59,876 nt of DNA from Planctomycetota bacterium (GTDB taxonomy: Bacteria > Planctomycetota > UBA8108 > UBA1146): the NCBI GenBank assembly GCA_002711105.1, contig PAIH01000024.1, positions 1 to 59,876 of the forward strand, in the 5' to 3' direction. Both the position numbers and the translations under genes were made by a program. Below are positions 38,245 to 48,480 of the stretch, piece after piece. How positions within the stretch are numbered: the first letter of the stretch is position 1; every line of letters begins with the position of its first letter. The notes below the pieces were generated by a model. That model was not told where the DNA came from. It made no database searches and saw only the letters and a list, made by a program, of their open reading frames with translations.

Positions 38245-39002
38245 TGTGTCGATCCTTCCGCCGGAAGAACGATGGAAAAACGGCTTCCTTGCCCCGGTTC
38301 ACTTTCAACCAAGATCGTACCGCCATGAAGGCGGATGATCCGTAACGTCGTTGGAAGTCCCAGACCCGTGCCCCCCTCTGTGGTCGAGACGTAGGGCCGA
38401 AAGATTCTGGGGATCGCTTCCTCCGAGATTCCTACGCCAGTATCGGTCACTTCGATCACCACTGCACTCGAACCCCTGTAGGTAGATTCGAGTACCCGGA
38501 GGAAGATTTCACCCCCTTCGCTCATTGCGGAACAACCGTTGAGGATCAGGTTCAGGACCGCCTGATGCAGAAGAGACGCATCTCCAGCCACACGGGGAAC
38601 ATCCATGGGCTGGAAGAAAACGTTGACCCCCTCCAGTTCAATCGCCTCGCGATTCCTCGAAATAACATCCTCGACCAAACGCGAAGCATCGACCGAGTCT
38701 CTTTGCATTTGTTGGGGTCGGGTCAATTGCAGAAAGGAAGATACAATCTTCTCGATGCGCTGAATCTCCGACCTCATCGTTTCCAGTCGACGTTGGGTCC
38801 TGTGATCGCGCGGACTTTCCGGATCTCCCAGTTCTTCGAGGAGCAACTGAGATGAAATGTTCAGGGTCGAGAGGGGATTCTTTACCTCATGGACAAGCAT
38901 GCCCGCGAGGCTGGCGACATCTTGCTCCCAATTTCCTAGTTGGCTGGCATCGAAAGCGTTCACCGCGCTGCGGCTACCCTTCCGCTTCTTCTTCTTCGGC
39001 AT
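38241..39002 (-). CDS. cytoplasmic histidine kinase lacking TM or recognisable sensor domains
   Basis: Start at ATG 39002 (MPKKKKRKGS...). H-box MLVHEVKNPLSTL. HATPase_c N/G boxes are LNLILNGCSAM, VTDTGVGI and GTGLGL. There is a 4-nt overlap with the response-regulator gene. Confidence 0.85.
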   Translation of the reverse strand: MPKKKKRKGSRSAVNAFDASQLGNWEQDVASLAGMLVHEVKNPLSTLNISSQLLLEELGDPESPRDHRTQRRLETMRSEIQRIEKIVSSFLQLTRPQQMQRDSVDASRLVEDVISRNREAIELEGVNVFFQPMDVPRVAGDASLLHQAVLNLILNGCSAMSEGGEIFLRVLESTYRGSSAVVIEVTDTGVGISEEAIPRIFRPYVSTTEGGTGLGLPTTLRIIRLHGGTILVESEPGQGSRFSIVLPAEGSTQ

Positions 39003-40242
39003 CACCCTCGATCGGTTCTTCACCCTCAACCGGTTCTTCACCTTCGATTGGTTCTTCACCTTCGGCGGGCCGGAAAACTTTGTATCGGATGTTCCTGACC
39101 CGAACTGCATCCTCTGGTCGGAGGAGAATTGCTAAGCCCCCCATCGGAAAGTACGGCCGGGTGTTCTCACCGAGAGCATCGAGAGAATCGAGGTCAGTGA
39201 TACTGACGAGGCCTTCCTTGAGCTCGATCCGCATCCGGATCCATTCTTCTTCATCAGCATCGAAACTGTGCACGTCATACTTCTTCAGCGCCGAACCCGG
39301 GCGCATCCCTGCAGTGATCCCGAGATTCACCGCATCTCCTGCGACCAGTTGAATCTCCAGCTCGACGACATATTCCTCCCAGGAGTCCTCTCCGATCTCG
39401 AGCTGAGCAGGGCCAGAACTGGAATTATTGCCCACCACCTCTCCTCCATCCTCGGTCCAGACCTCTGCATCCGGATCGGAAGCAGAAGCTCTGAAAGCGG
39501 AGAGGTAGCTATCGATCGTCAGATCTTCCCACTCGATGGCAAGTTCGGCAGCCTGCGCAGAACGTGTCGCCTTGTATTCAACGAGGTACTCATCGATGGT
39601 CGTTCGGACCTCCTCATACTCCTTGGTATTCTTGTAATCACTGGAGAATGACTCCAGAAGACCGATCGCCGCGGCCAACTCCTCTTGCCTCCGGTAGGCG
39701 CGGGCACGGCGAGTGATTCGATCAAATTCGACTTCCGCCCTCTGTCTCTTGTCCACCTGTTCACACAAATTCAACCATTCCTGATGAGCCCCGGTCTTCC
39801 CAAAGGTGTCATCCGGATCGAACTTATCTAGCTCTCGCTCTGCAGCCAGCGGATCTCCCTCAGCCATCAAACTCTTAACCCGGCTAGCAATCTGCTCAAG
39901 ATGCTTCTTGCCGGCAGATTCACGAACCTGAATCTGTTCATCGAGAAGCTTCTGAGCTTTCACTGCGTAAGCGGTTCCTTCAGCGGCATAGATCATATCT
40001 TCGAGATGCAGGATCCATTCATCGTACCGTTCTGGATAATTCCGGATCGCTCCTTGAATACTGCCGAACTTCTCCTTGTACTTATCTAGCCGGATCTGCT
40101 GCATCTTGCGGGCAACCTCTTGCTCGGTCATCTGGGGTTTCGGCACGACCGGTGCAGGCGCTTCAGTTTTTGTGCAGCCCGGCATGCTAAAGAGCATCAG
40201 CAGTAGTAGAACCACAGCAGAATTCCGACGCTGGAGAATCAT
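38974..40242 (-). CDS. hypothetical lipoprotein with an acidic EEP(I/V)EG-repeat tail
   Basis: Start at ATG 40242, with signal/lipobox MILQRRNSAVVLLLLMLFSMPGC. The C-terminal part (...GGLAILLRPEDAVRVRNIRYKV) resembles the end of DUF1080-type beta-sandwich domains; this is judged by eye only. Confidence 0.6.
   Translation of the reverse strand: MILQRRNSAVVLLLLMLFSMPGCTKTEAPAPVVPKPQMTEQEVARKMQQIRLDKYKEKFGSIQGAIRNYPERYDEWILHLEDMIYAAEGTAYAVKAQKLLDEQIQVRESAGKKHLEQIASRVKSLMAEGDPLAAERELDKFDPDDTFGKTGAHQEWLNLCEQVDKRQRAEVEFDRITRRARAYRRQEELAAAIGLLESFSSDYKNTKEYEEVRTTIDEYLVEYKATRSAQAAELAIEWEDLTIDSYLSAFRASASDPDAEVWTEDGGEVVGNNSSSGPAQLEIGEDSWEEYVVELEIQLVAGDAVNLGITAGMRPGSALKKYDVHSFDADEEEWIRMRIELKEGLVSITDLDSLDALGENTRPYFPMGGLAILLRPEDAVRVRNIRYKVFRPAEGEEPIEGEEPVEGEEPIEGDAEEEEAEG
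39003..39068 (-). repeat. 18-nt tandem coding repeat (about 3.6 copies) encoding (EGEEP[IV])n
   Basis: Plus-strand units are caccctcgatcggttctt / caccctcaaccggttctt / caccttcgattggttctt / caccttcggcgg. Confidence 0.8.
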
Positions 40243-40311
40243 GTTGCTGGAACCTACCTTTCTGTTCTCTTGCACCTTCGACCCAGAATATCAGCAGTGC
40301 AGGACAGATCT

Positions 40312-41352
40312 CTATGATCCACTACTGTGACTGGCTAATACTTCCTGGCAAACCTCAAGCAGATTCGCGATAACTTCTTCTTCGGTTCCCTCCAGGCGAC
40401 AGCCGGAAGCCTTGGCGTGCCCTCCGCCTCCGAACCGAGACGCAATTGGATGAACCGAACAGTCACCACGAGACCGAAGAGATACTTTATAACGCCCTGG
40501 ACCAACTTCAACGACGAGGAATACGATCTCGGTCCCCGCTACCTGTCCCAACGTGTCCACGAACCCGTCCAGATCCTCCATATTGACTCCCCGACGAAGA
40601 CGAATCTGCTTGGAGAGCAATGAAAATAGGATCTTTCCATCGTTATGGCACTGGACGTTCGCCAGTAAATCGCCCAGAGCCTGGGTTCGCTCCAGCGAGA
40701 AGGACTGGAAAATCTTCTGGAATATGGGCTCCGGATCGACACCCAATTCGACCAGTTCCGCAGCAATTCGGTAAGCGATCGAACCCGAGTTGGAGTAGCG
40801 GAACCAACCCGTGTCAGTGGCGATAGCCACAAACAGAGATTCCGCCGAGTTCAACGGTAATTCTTGTCCCAACGCACAGATCAAATCCATCACCAGATTG
40901 CCTGTAGCAGGAGAGCCAGGTTCACACCAGATCTCCTGGAAACAATCGAGATCACCTTCAAGGTGATGGTCGACACAGACCATCGGAACCCCAGACGCTT
41001 GGACTGGCTGTCCCATGTGGCCCAGGCGTTCCAGCGACGAAGTGTCGAGAACGACGATCAGATCCGCATTCTCAGGGGCATAAAGATGAGAGGCATCCGG
41101 TTCAGCGGAAAACACCTCGGCCACTCCATCATGATCGATAAACTTCAGTTTTTCAGGAACCTCATGGGTCAGAATCGTCCGGGGTTGGGCACCGAGCTGG
41201 GCGAGACAGCGATGCATCGCAACGCACGAACCGAGAGCGTCCCCATCCGGATAGATATGAGTCAGGATCAACGGTTTACGAGTCGACCTGAGGGCCAGAA
41301 GAAGTCCTTCAGGAATCGCTCCGGGCTGCCAGAGCTGTACTTCTTGCGCCAT
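40312..41352 (-). CDS. nrnA: DHH/DHHA1 family phosphoesterase (NrnA-like oligoribonuclease / pAp phosphatase)
   Basis: Motifs LILTHIYPDGDALGS, VVLDTS, VCVDHH, ATDTGWF, and DHHA1 GGGH (FGGGGHAKASG). Confidence 0.8.
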   Translation of the reverse strand: MAQEVQLWQPGAIPEGLLLALRSTRKPLILTHIYPDGDALGSCVAMHRCLAQLGAQPRTILTHEVPEKLKFIDHDGVAEVFSAEPDASHLYAPENADLIVVLDTSSLERLGHMGQPVQASGVPMVCVDHHLEGDLDCFQEIWCEPGSPATGNLVMDLICALGQELPLNSAESLFVAIATDTGWFRYSNSGSIAYRIAAELVELGVDPEPIFQKIFQSFSLERTQALGDLLANVQCHNDGKILFSLLSKQIRLRRGVNMEDLDGFVDTLGQVAGTEIVFLVVEVGPGRYKVSLRSRGDCSVHPIASRFGGGGHAKASGCRLEGTEEEVIANLLEVCQEVLASHSSGS

Positions 41353-41363
41353 CCAACCCCTTC

Positions 41364-41392
41364 TTGAGACAATTGCGTTTTCGCAATACCAT
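41364..41392 (+). promoter_or_regulatory. candidate promoter (TTGAGA-17 nt-TACCAT) with an embedded 16-bp palindrome ATTGCG-TTTT-CGCAAT (41372-41387), a possible operator
   Basis: Located in the divergent nrnA-like / XRE intergenic region, about 105 nt upstream of the XRE start. The perfect inverted repeat fills the -35/-10 spacer. Confidence 0.3.
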
Positions 41393-41497
41393 GGAGTAGG
41401 TCTCGTCCCCGACAGCCGAGACTACAGATCGGGAGTTTACCATCGACTGACCTGCGGGAACCAGTGCTACCCAATACTGGCAGAAAGAAGGAATCCT

Positions 41498-41974
41498 GTG
41501 GAGACCGGCCGAAAAATCATGAATCTGCGCAAGGATCGCGGAGTCGCCCAGAGCTCGCTGGCGGAGATGACCTCCGTCACGCCGAGTGCTCTGTCACGAA
41601 TCGAGGCAGGGATTCACCAGCCTCGTGGCTCTGTCGCGCTACGGATCGCCAGAGAACTGGGAGTCACAGTCGATTACATCCTCGATGGGGAAGCACCGTA
41701 TCCGCCACCTCCCATGGCTCTGCTTGAAAACCTCACGGAAAACCCAGCTCAGCAGCCCAGAGACCAGAACATAAAAGTGAGTCGTGGCGAGAAGAGGCTT
41801 CTCAAGGCACTCAGAGAGCTGACTACCGAGGAACGACGATTACTGAAGACGATTCTGGAGACCAGCAACAAAGAGGTGAGACTGGCCCTCTTTGCTCTGG
41901 GTCGTAAAGATTTACTCACCCAGCTCGACGCAAATGAACTCGATAAGCTCCAAAAAACTCTCGCCAAGCTCTAG
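41498..41974 (+). CDS. XRE-family helix-turn-helix transcriptional regulator
   Basis: GTG start. The N-terminal HTH_3-like region reads IMNLRKDRGVAQSSLAEMTSVTPSALSRIEAGIHQPRGSVALRIARELGVTVDYIL. Confidence 0.75.
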   Translation: METGRKIMNLRKDRGVAQSSLAEMTSVTPSALSRIEAGIHQPRGSVALRIARELGVTVDYILDGEAPYPPPPMALLENLTENPAQQPRDQNIKVSRGEKRLLKALRELTTEERRLLKTILETSNKEVRLALFALGRKDLLTQLDANELDKLQKTLAKL

Positions 41975-41987
41975 GCTTCAGTCCAGC

Positions 41988-42932
41988 TCAAGTGATATTG
42001 ATCATTTGCGCCACCTCAGTCTGTCCGTCATGAACAGCTGCTGCCGAGGCTTGCAATGCTTCACTTTCAGCGCTACTCAGTTCGACTTCGATGATCTTTT
42101 CGACCCCGTCCGAACCCAAAATCACTGGAACTCCGACCCACGTATCTTCGATTCCGTACTGACCTTCCAGCAAGGAACAACAGGGCATGATACGTTTTTG
42201 ATCGAGTAGAATTGATTCTGCCATCGCCACTGCCGAAGCGCTCGGTGCGTAATAGGCACTACCGGTCTTGAGTAGATTGACGATCTCTGCCCCGCCGTGA
42301 CGAGTTCGATCGACCAGAGCTTCCAGGCGTTCGGCTGAAATCAGCTGCTGGACTGGAATACCACTCACCGAGGCGGTCGAGGTGAGAGGAATCATACTGT
42401 CGCCATGACCACCCAGGACCATCGCCTGAATATCTCTGACCGAGCAACCCACCTCCATGGCGAGGAAAGCTCTGTAGCGGGCGGTATCGAGTACCCCAGC
42501 CATGCCGACTACCTTGTTCTTCGGCAAACCCGAGACCTGGTGAGCCACGTAGCACATCACATCGAGCGGGTTCGAAACGATAACCAACATCGCTGAAGGC
42601 GCGAATTCCATGATTCCGGAGACCACCTTCTGCTGGATTTCTCCGTTGACACGTAATAGATCGGAACGATCCATGCCCGGCTTTCTCGGCATACCAGCGG
42701 TGATAATCACCAGCTCAGCACCTTCGAGACTGGAGTAATCGTTGGCTCCTTCGACGACAGAATCGTAGCCACAAACTGGTCCAGCCTGGACCAGATCGAG
42801 TGCTTTTCCCTGAGGCATTCCGTCGACGATATCGACAAGGACAACATCCCCGAGTTCTTTCTCGGCTAGCCTCTGGGCGGTGGTGGATCCGACGAACCCG
42901 CCTCCGATAACTCCAATCTTGCGACGTGCCAT
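41988..42932 (-). CDS. mdh: malate dehydrogenase (LDH-like MDH)
   Basis: Contains MARRKIGVIGGGFVGST, ITAGMPRKPGMDRSDLL, and the catalytic region VLGGHGDSMIP. Confidence 0.93.
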   Translation of the reverse strand: MARRKIGVIGGGFVGSTTAQRLAEKELGDVVLVDIVDGMPQGKALDLVQAGPVCGYDSVVEGANDYSSLEGAELVIITAGMPRKPGMDRSDLLRVNGEIQQKVVSGIMEFAPSAMLVIVSNPLDVMCYVAHQVSGLPKNKVVGMAGVLDTARYRAFLAMEVGCSVRDIQAMVLGGHGDSMIPLTSTASVSGIPVQQLISAERLEALVDRTRHGGAEIVNLLKTGSAYYAPSASAVAMAESILLDQKRIMPCCSLLEGQYGIEDTWVGVPVILGSDGVEKIIEVELSSAESEALQASAAAVHDGQTEVAQMINIT

Positions 42933-42988
42933 GATTGCATCCTCTCCTGGCCCACAAGAGCCGATTCTGACAAATCGGTCTCCCGGAT

Positions 42989-43867
42989 TTAGTTCTGTGC
43001 AGCGAGCAACTCGACGAGAGTGCTGCCGATTTCTGCAGGAGAAAGGGCGACCCTGACGCTCGCCCTTTCGAGCGCGGCGATCTTATCCTCTGCAGTTCCC
43101 TTGCCCCCACTGACGATAGCACCGGCATGGCCCATCCTTCGGCCTGGAGGAGCAGTTCTTCCGGCGATAAAACCAACCACCGGCTTTTTTACCTCGGCAG
43201 CGATGAACTCGGCCGCCTCTTCCTCAGCAGTCCCACCAATCTCACCGACCAGGACAATCGATTCAGTAGCCGAATCATCGTTGAACAATTTCAAAACGTC
43301 GATGAAGTTGGTGCCGATTATCGGATCGCCACCGATTCCTAAACATGTGGACTGTCCCAACCCCATCTGGGTGGTCTGATGAACCGCCTCGTAGGTCAGA
43401 GTACCGCTTTTGCTGACAATCCCCACCGATCCAGGCTGATGGATGAAGCCTGGCATGATTCCCATCTTGCACTCACCAGGCGTGATGATCCCGGGACAAT
43501 TGGGGCCCAGTAAACGTACCCCATTGGCGACAACCGCTTCCTTCGCCCGGATCATATCCAGCGTCGGAATTCCCTCGGTGATGCAAACGATGAACGGGAT
43601 GCCCGCTTCCGCGGCCTCGATGATCGCAGAGGCGGAAAACCGAGCCGGTACGTAAATGATGCTGGCGGTAGCGGCTGTGGCCTCCTTGGCGCTGCTGACA
43701 TCATCGAATACCGGACGGTCCAGGTGTGTTGACCCCCCTTTACCGGGGGTGACACCTCCGACGATGTGGGTTCCGTAAGCCATCATCTGTTCGCTATGCA
43801 GGGTACCGTTACGTCCGGTGAACCCCTGAACGATCACACGAGTCTCGGTATTGATCAGGATACTCAA
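42989..43867 (-). CDS. sucD: succinate--CoA ligase subunit alpha
   Basis: Contains [33 protein letters not shown], and the phosphohistidine region [10 protein letters not shown]. Confidence 0.95.
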   Translation of the reverse strand: MSILINTETRVIVQGFTGRNGTLHSEQMMAYGTHIVGGVTPGKGGSTHLDRPVFDDVSSAKEATAATASIIYVPARFSASAIIEAAEAGIPFIVCITEGIPTLDMIRAKEAVVANGVRLLGPNCPGIITPGECKMGIMPGFIHQPGSVGIVSKSGTLTYEAVHQTTQMGLGQSTCLGIGGDPIIGTNFIDVLKLFNDDSATESIVLVGEIGGTAEEEAAEFIAAEVKKPVVGFIAGRTAPPGRRMGHAGAIVSGGKGTAEDKIAALERASVRVALSPAEIGSTLVELLAAQN

Positions 43868-45036
43868 ACCCTGCTCCCATCAGCGGCTGCAACAGCCTTG
43901 GCGGCAGCATCTGCCAGATCGTCTGCTGTGATCACATTAATTTCTGATTGGGCAAGAATCGCCTGCGCTTCGGCTACCGAGTTCCCCTCCAACCTGACGA
44001 CAAGAGGAACTTTCAGATGGGTTACTCGAGCAGCATCGATGATGCCATCTGCGATCAAATCGCAACGGATAATCCCACCGAAGATATTGACGAGAATCGC
44101 CGCTACGTTTGGATCTTCCAGGATGATCTTGAAAGCCTCGGTTACCCTCTCTGCGGTAGCAGTTCCGCCCACGTCGAGAAAGTTAGCAGGCTCCCCTCCA
44201 TGGAGCTTGATGATGTCCATCGTCGCCATCGCAAGCCCAGCTCCGTTGACCATACAACCGATAGTGCCATCCATGCCCACGTAGGAGAGTTCCGAGTTAG
44301 AGGCACGAGTCTCGCGCGGATCTTCCTCGTGCAAGTCGCGAAGTTCAACATGTTCTGGGTGTCGGAACTCAGCGTTTTCATCAAAGTTGATCTTGGCATC
44401 GAGTGCGATCACATCGCCTTCAGCGGTCACCACCAATGGATTGATCTCCGCCAGAGAACAGTCCTCCTCGACAAATGCGGTGGCGAGCTTCTGCACCAGA
44501 TCAACGAATTGATCGGCAGTCTTATCCGAGAATTGTAGCTTCGTTGCCAGAGATCGAGCCGCTGATTCGGAAATCCCCGAATCGACTCCGATTTCCTCAA
44601 AATGAATCGCCTCTGGTCGCGACGCCGCCACCTCCTCGATATCCACTCCACCCTCGGCACTGACCATCAAGACCGGCTTTTCACGAGCTCGATCGATGAC
44701 CATGCCGCAATAAATCTCCCTGGCGATATCACACCCCTCCTCGATGAGGATGGTACGAACTCGACGTCCCTCAGGGCCGGTCTGGGGAGTGACTAACTGC
44801 ATGCCCAGTATCGAACGAATCGCTTCTTCACATTCGGACCAGCTCGAAGTCACTCGAACTCCGCCACCCTTACCGCGACCACCAGCATGAATCTGAGCTT
44901 TCACAACCCAGGGCCCCTCACCAAGCTCCCTCGCTCCAGCCAAAGCATCCTCAACAGTCGTGGCTACCTCACCCCTGGGAACAGGAATTCCATGGTTAGC
45001 CAGCAGTTGCTTCGCCTGGTATTCGTGGATCTTCAA
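43864..45036 (-). CDS. sucC: succinate--CoA ligase subunit beta (ADP-forming)
   Basis: A TTG start at 45036 gives (M)[11 protein letters not shown], the canonical SucC N-terminus. Contains [16 protein letters not shown] and NFLDVGG. Has a 4-nt overlap with sucD. Confidence 0.93.
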   Translation of the reverse strand: MKIHEYQAKQLLANHGIPVPRGEVATTVEDALAGARELGEGPWVVKAQIHAGGRGKGGGVRVTSSWSECEEAIRSILGMQLVTPQTGPEGRRVRTILIEEGCDIAREIYCGMVIDRAREKPVLMVSAEGGVDIEEVAASRPEAIHFEEIGVDSGISESAARSLATKLQFSDKTADQFVDLVQKLATAFVEEDCSLAEINPLVVTAEGDVIALDAKINFDENAEFRHPEHVELRDLHEEDPRETRASNSELSYVGMDGTIGCMVNGAGLAMATMDIIKLHGGEPANFLDVGGTATAERVTEAFKIILEDPNVAAILVNIFGGIIRCDLIADGIIDAARVTHLKVPLVVRLEGNSVAEAQAILAQSEINVITADDLADAAAKAVAAADGSRV

Positions 45037-45230
45037 GCAAGATTCCTTTCGGGCTACAGCCCTCGTCACACCGCGGTCCAATTTCTAGCAACTAATACAC
45101 AACCTCGAGATTCGGTTGTGCCAGAAACCTCCGATCAGGAACCAGGCTGTGGCTTCCTGACAACACAGGGGAAGGTAGCGCGAGCAGGTATGACGTGCAA
45201 CGAAACCCGTCAGGGAACTCCGGGTAAGCT

Positions 45231-47267
45231 TCAGGTCCCCGACTTCTCTTCTTCGATGACCCCTCCGGCGGGGGCCGGCTCGCCCTGCTCGGGCTTGCCC
45301 TCCTCCAGCAGTCTGCGTGCCGGTACGAGCAACCGTTCCAGCTCATCATTGAGGGACCCCTCGAGACGCGCGGTGCGGTGTTCGTCAATCACCCGCTGCG
45401 GATCGCTGAGAACCAGTGAAATCGCAGCAACCCGTCCACGGAAACGACCCAATTCCTTGAGAACCCTTGAGCGAAGCTCTCGCAAAGTTCGGTTGTGATC
45501 ACGCGCTGAGAAGGGAAGCGCACTATCGAAGGGAAGGTTGGTCCTATCGACCACAACCAATCCTTCGCGATATCTGGCGAGAGCTTGAATGCCATTCTGA
45601 AATGTCTCTCGGGCTTCGACCAATTGCCCTCTGCGCTTCTCAACGTCACCAGAGTTCAGCATGGCTTCCTCAGACTGGATTCGACCCAGTTCGAACCAAG
45701 CATCGGAATAGTTAGGGTCGAGCTGGATCGCCTTCTGAAGTGCGGTGCGGGATCGGTTGAAATCGAGGCCGAGCTGGTAGATTCTGCCGATGTGGTAGTA
45801 GCAAATTCTCTCGTTGATCCCATCACCGACGCCGGCCTTCCGACCCAAAGCCATTTTAAATGACTCCAGCGCTCCATCGTAATCACTCCGGCTCATGTAC
45901 AGCAGAATTCCAATGCTGACGAAAGGCCCCATCGCGGTTGGATCCACTTCCGTTGCTTGCCGGAAAAATCGCTCCGCAGCATCGATGTAACCGGCCGATT
46001 CCGCCTCGACACCTTGCCTCCACAGATCAGAAGCGCGGCGACGTTCTGCGCTGAGTTCTTCCCCGGCAAGAACAGACTCAGCCACTTTCTTGATTCGTTC
46101 CTTATTCTGCTGCCACCAACCACGCCAGAGTTTCACGGACTCTGCGCGCTCTGCAGAATCGCCTGCAGCTTCAAAACCAAAATGCTCTCCGGTATATTCG
46201 AGCAGTTTCTCAGCGGCGATGGACCGAGCTCCAGCTTCTTCCAGTTCCAGAGCACCGATCAACGTAGATATTCCTATGTAGATGCCGTTTTCCCCGAGTG
46301 CAATCGCGAGTGCCAATTGTGCACGTGCCTGGGAACTCTGCCATGCTGATAAGAGCTCTCTGACACTGTGAGTACGTTGCAAGACGTCGACACAAAAGGT
46401 GCGAACCTGAGGACTCTGTCCTTCATCCAGCAACAACAATCCCAACAATGGATAAAGATCAGAACCGTTCTCCAGCAAGGATTCGCGGAGCAATTCCACC
46501 TGCTGCTTTGGATTGCCGTCCGAAATCTCGTCGAGGAAATTAGGACGTGACTCGGTGATTCCTGCAGGAAGCGCCATCCGAAGTCGTTCTTCCAGGAGAA
46601 TCCGGCGGAAAACTACATTCTCTTCCGCCACCTGTGCATCCTCGATGAAACGCCTGGCAAAAAACCCTGCGGCGCGAAGGAACTCGGCTCCTTCCTTGTT
46701 AGCCATCGCATCTTCAGAACGAACCCCGGCGATGGCTCTCTGTATCCGGTCATCGAAATCACTCCTGACCGTAAAACGATCATCGCTACAAACACCGTTG
46801 GGCTGGATGGTTCTTTTCACCTCAGAATCTGGGTATCTGGCACTACCCAGTTCCAGATCTACGACCCACTCACGGGATCCTGTATCGAATCGTACGTTTC
46901 CAGCCACCTCGTGACCACTTTGGAAAACAAGGATGATCCCGGCGGGTTCTTCTTTGTCCGCCTCGATCTGACTCCAACCCTTCACCTCCCGCTTGAGGAC
47001 CAGGGTGGCACCCAGACGACTTCCCAACTCAAGGTATTCGTTTCCGAGGTCATAGACCCTGCCCGTAAGAACGGATCCTTCCAGTGTCCGGAGCCTCACA
47101 TCCGCCTCTGCAATCGCAATTGGCATGACGATCAGCAATAGAGTGAGGATGGAGCCGGCACCAAATGGCCACTTCCCACTACAGCTGGAATTCAAGGAAT
47201 CCTCCTGTCGAGGTCTTCGAGTAGCGAACCAGAACCCCGATTCTGCCCCATCCTTACCACCCTGCAA
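45231..47267 (-). CDS. TPR/HEAT-repeat-containing protein, hypothetical
   Basis: 678 aa with a hydrophobic N-proximal segment ILTLLLIVMPIAIA. TPR-like repeats are present (YYHIGRIYQLGLDFNRSRTALQKAIQLDPNYSDAWFELG). Start is uncertain. Confidence 0.6.
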   Translation of the reverse strand: MQGGKDGAESGFWFATRRPRQEDSLNSSCSGKWPFGAGSILTLLLIVMPIAIAEADVRLRTLEGSVLTGRVYDLGNEYLELGSRLGATLVLKREVKGWSQIEADKEEPAGIILVFQSGHEVAGNVRFDTGSREWVVDLELGSARYPDSEVKRTIQPNGVCSDDRFTVRSDFDDRIQRAIAGVRSEDAMANKEGAEFLRAAGFFARRFIEDAQVAEENVVFRRILLEERLRMALPAGITESRPNFLDEISDGNPKQQVELLRESLLENGSDLYPLLGLLLLDEGQSPQVRTFCVDVLQRTHSVRELLSAWQSSQARAQLALAIALGENGIYIGISTLIGALELEEAGARSIAAEKLLEYTGEHFGFEAAGDSAERAESVKLWRGWWQQNKERIKKVAESVLAGEELSAERRRASDLWRQGVEAESAGYIDAAERFFRQATEVDPTAMGPFVSIGILLYMSRSDYDGALESFKMALGRKAGVGDGINERICYYHIGRIYQLGLDFNRSRTALQKAIQLDPNYSDAWFELGRIQSEEAMLNSGDVEKRRGQLVEARETFQNGIQALARYREGLVVVDRTNLPFDSALPFSARDHNRTLRELRSRVLKELGRFRGRVAAISLVLSDPQRVIDEHRTARLEGSLNDELERLLVPARRLLEEGKPEQGEPAPAGGVIEEEKSGT

Positions 47268-47390
47268 GCCCCGTCAGGGGTTGCGAGAACATCAGGATCG
47301 GGTGAGACTTCAACACTTCGTGGCATTGGATAAGATAAAAATGGCTTTCGCCATGCTGAAAGGCCACAGGAAAGCGATAGGGGGCCGCCC

Positions 47391-48452
47391 TTGAACCAGC
47401 AGACGCTGGACTCGAAGAGAAGTGGTGACCGGGTCGAGGGTGTCTTCCTCGTCGAAAACGCCAGCCTGAAAACCGCTCGCAATGGCAAACTTTTCATTAC
47501 GATGACTCTCCGGGATCATACCCTCGGCCTGAAAGCGGTTCGCTGGGAAAGTAATCGGGATGAATTCAGGGAACTGGATAGAAATCCGTTCCTGCGTGTC
47601 CAGGCCCGGGTCGAAGAGTATCAGGGAAATCTACAGCTAATTCTCGACAATCTCGATCCACTCTCGGCCAGCGAAGTGGGCCTGCAAGCTGCAGAGTTCT
47701 TACCCAGAACTTCCTGCGATATTGAAGTACTTGAAAGAGAACTGGAAGAGCGTGTCACGGCCATCAAAAACAATGATGTCCGGCAAGTCGTGGTCAAGAT
47801 TCTTGAACGTCCTGGTCTCAGAGATCAGTTGAGAATTTCTCCAGCAGGCAAGACGATGCATCACGCTTACATCGGTGGGCTCCTGGAACATGTCGTCTCA
47901 CTGGTCACTCTGGCTGATCGCATCTGTGATCACTACTCGTGGCTCGATCGGGATATCCTCATCGGTGGAGTCATCTTGCACGACATCGCCAAAACCGCCG
48001 AGCTTGGTGTCGAGAATGGCATCAGCTATACCAACGAAGGTCAGTTACTCGGCCACATCGTATTGTGTTGCAACTGGATTCATGAAGCTTCGACTGAACT
48101 CGAAGATGTTGATCATGAAACGGTCCTTCAGATCCAGCACATCGTCGCCAGCCATCATGGCTTTCTTGAGTTCGGATCTCCCAAGAAGCCGATGACAGCG
48201 GAGGCTCTCGCCATGCACTACATCGACAATCTCGATGCCAAGTTGATGGCATTTCTTGGACTGTATGAAAAAGCGAGTCCGGGCCCACAAGACCCTCGTT
48301 TCGGGGAACATTCCTACATACTCGACGTAAGACCATACTTCCCCGAGCATCTCGACACTCAGGGTTCAAATGCCATCGAACGTCCGGAAATCAAAAGGAA
48401 CAAAGCCGAATCTTCCGATTCCAGTCAAGGAACCGGCAGCCTTCCGTTCTGA
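47391..48452 (+). CDS. OB-fold + HD-domain 3'-5' exoribonuclease, YhaM-like
   Basis: TTG start. The N-terminal OB fold reads GDRVEGVFLVENASLKTARNGKLFITMTLRDHT, and the HD domain contains HHAYIGGLLEH...ILHDIAK...SHHG. Confidence 0.75.
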   Translation: MNQQTLDSKRSGDRVEGVFLVENASLKTARNGKLFITMTLRDHTLGLKAVRWESNRDEFRELDRNPFLRVQARVEEYQGNLQLILDNLDPLSASEVGLQAAEFLPRTSCDIEVLERELEERVTAIKNNDVRQVVVKILERPGLRDQLRISPAGKTMHHAYIGGLLEHVVSLVTLADRICDHYSWLDRDILIGGVILHDIAKTAELGVENGISYTNEGQLLGHIVLCCNWIHEASTELEDVDHETVLQIQHIVASHHGFLEFGSPKKPMTAEALAMHYIDNLDAKLMAFLGLYEKASPGPQDPRFGEHSYILDVRPYFPEHLDTQGSNAIERPEIKRNKAESSDSSQGTGSLPF

Positions 48453-48480
48453 TAAATTTCTGGGGAACCGAGAACCTGCG

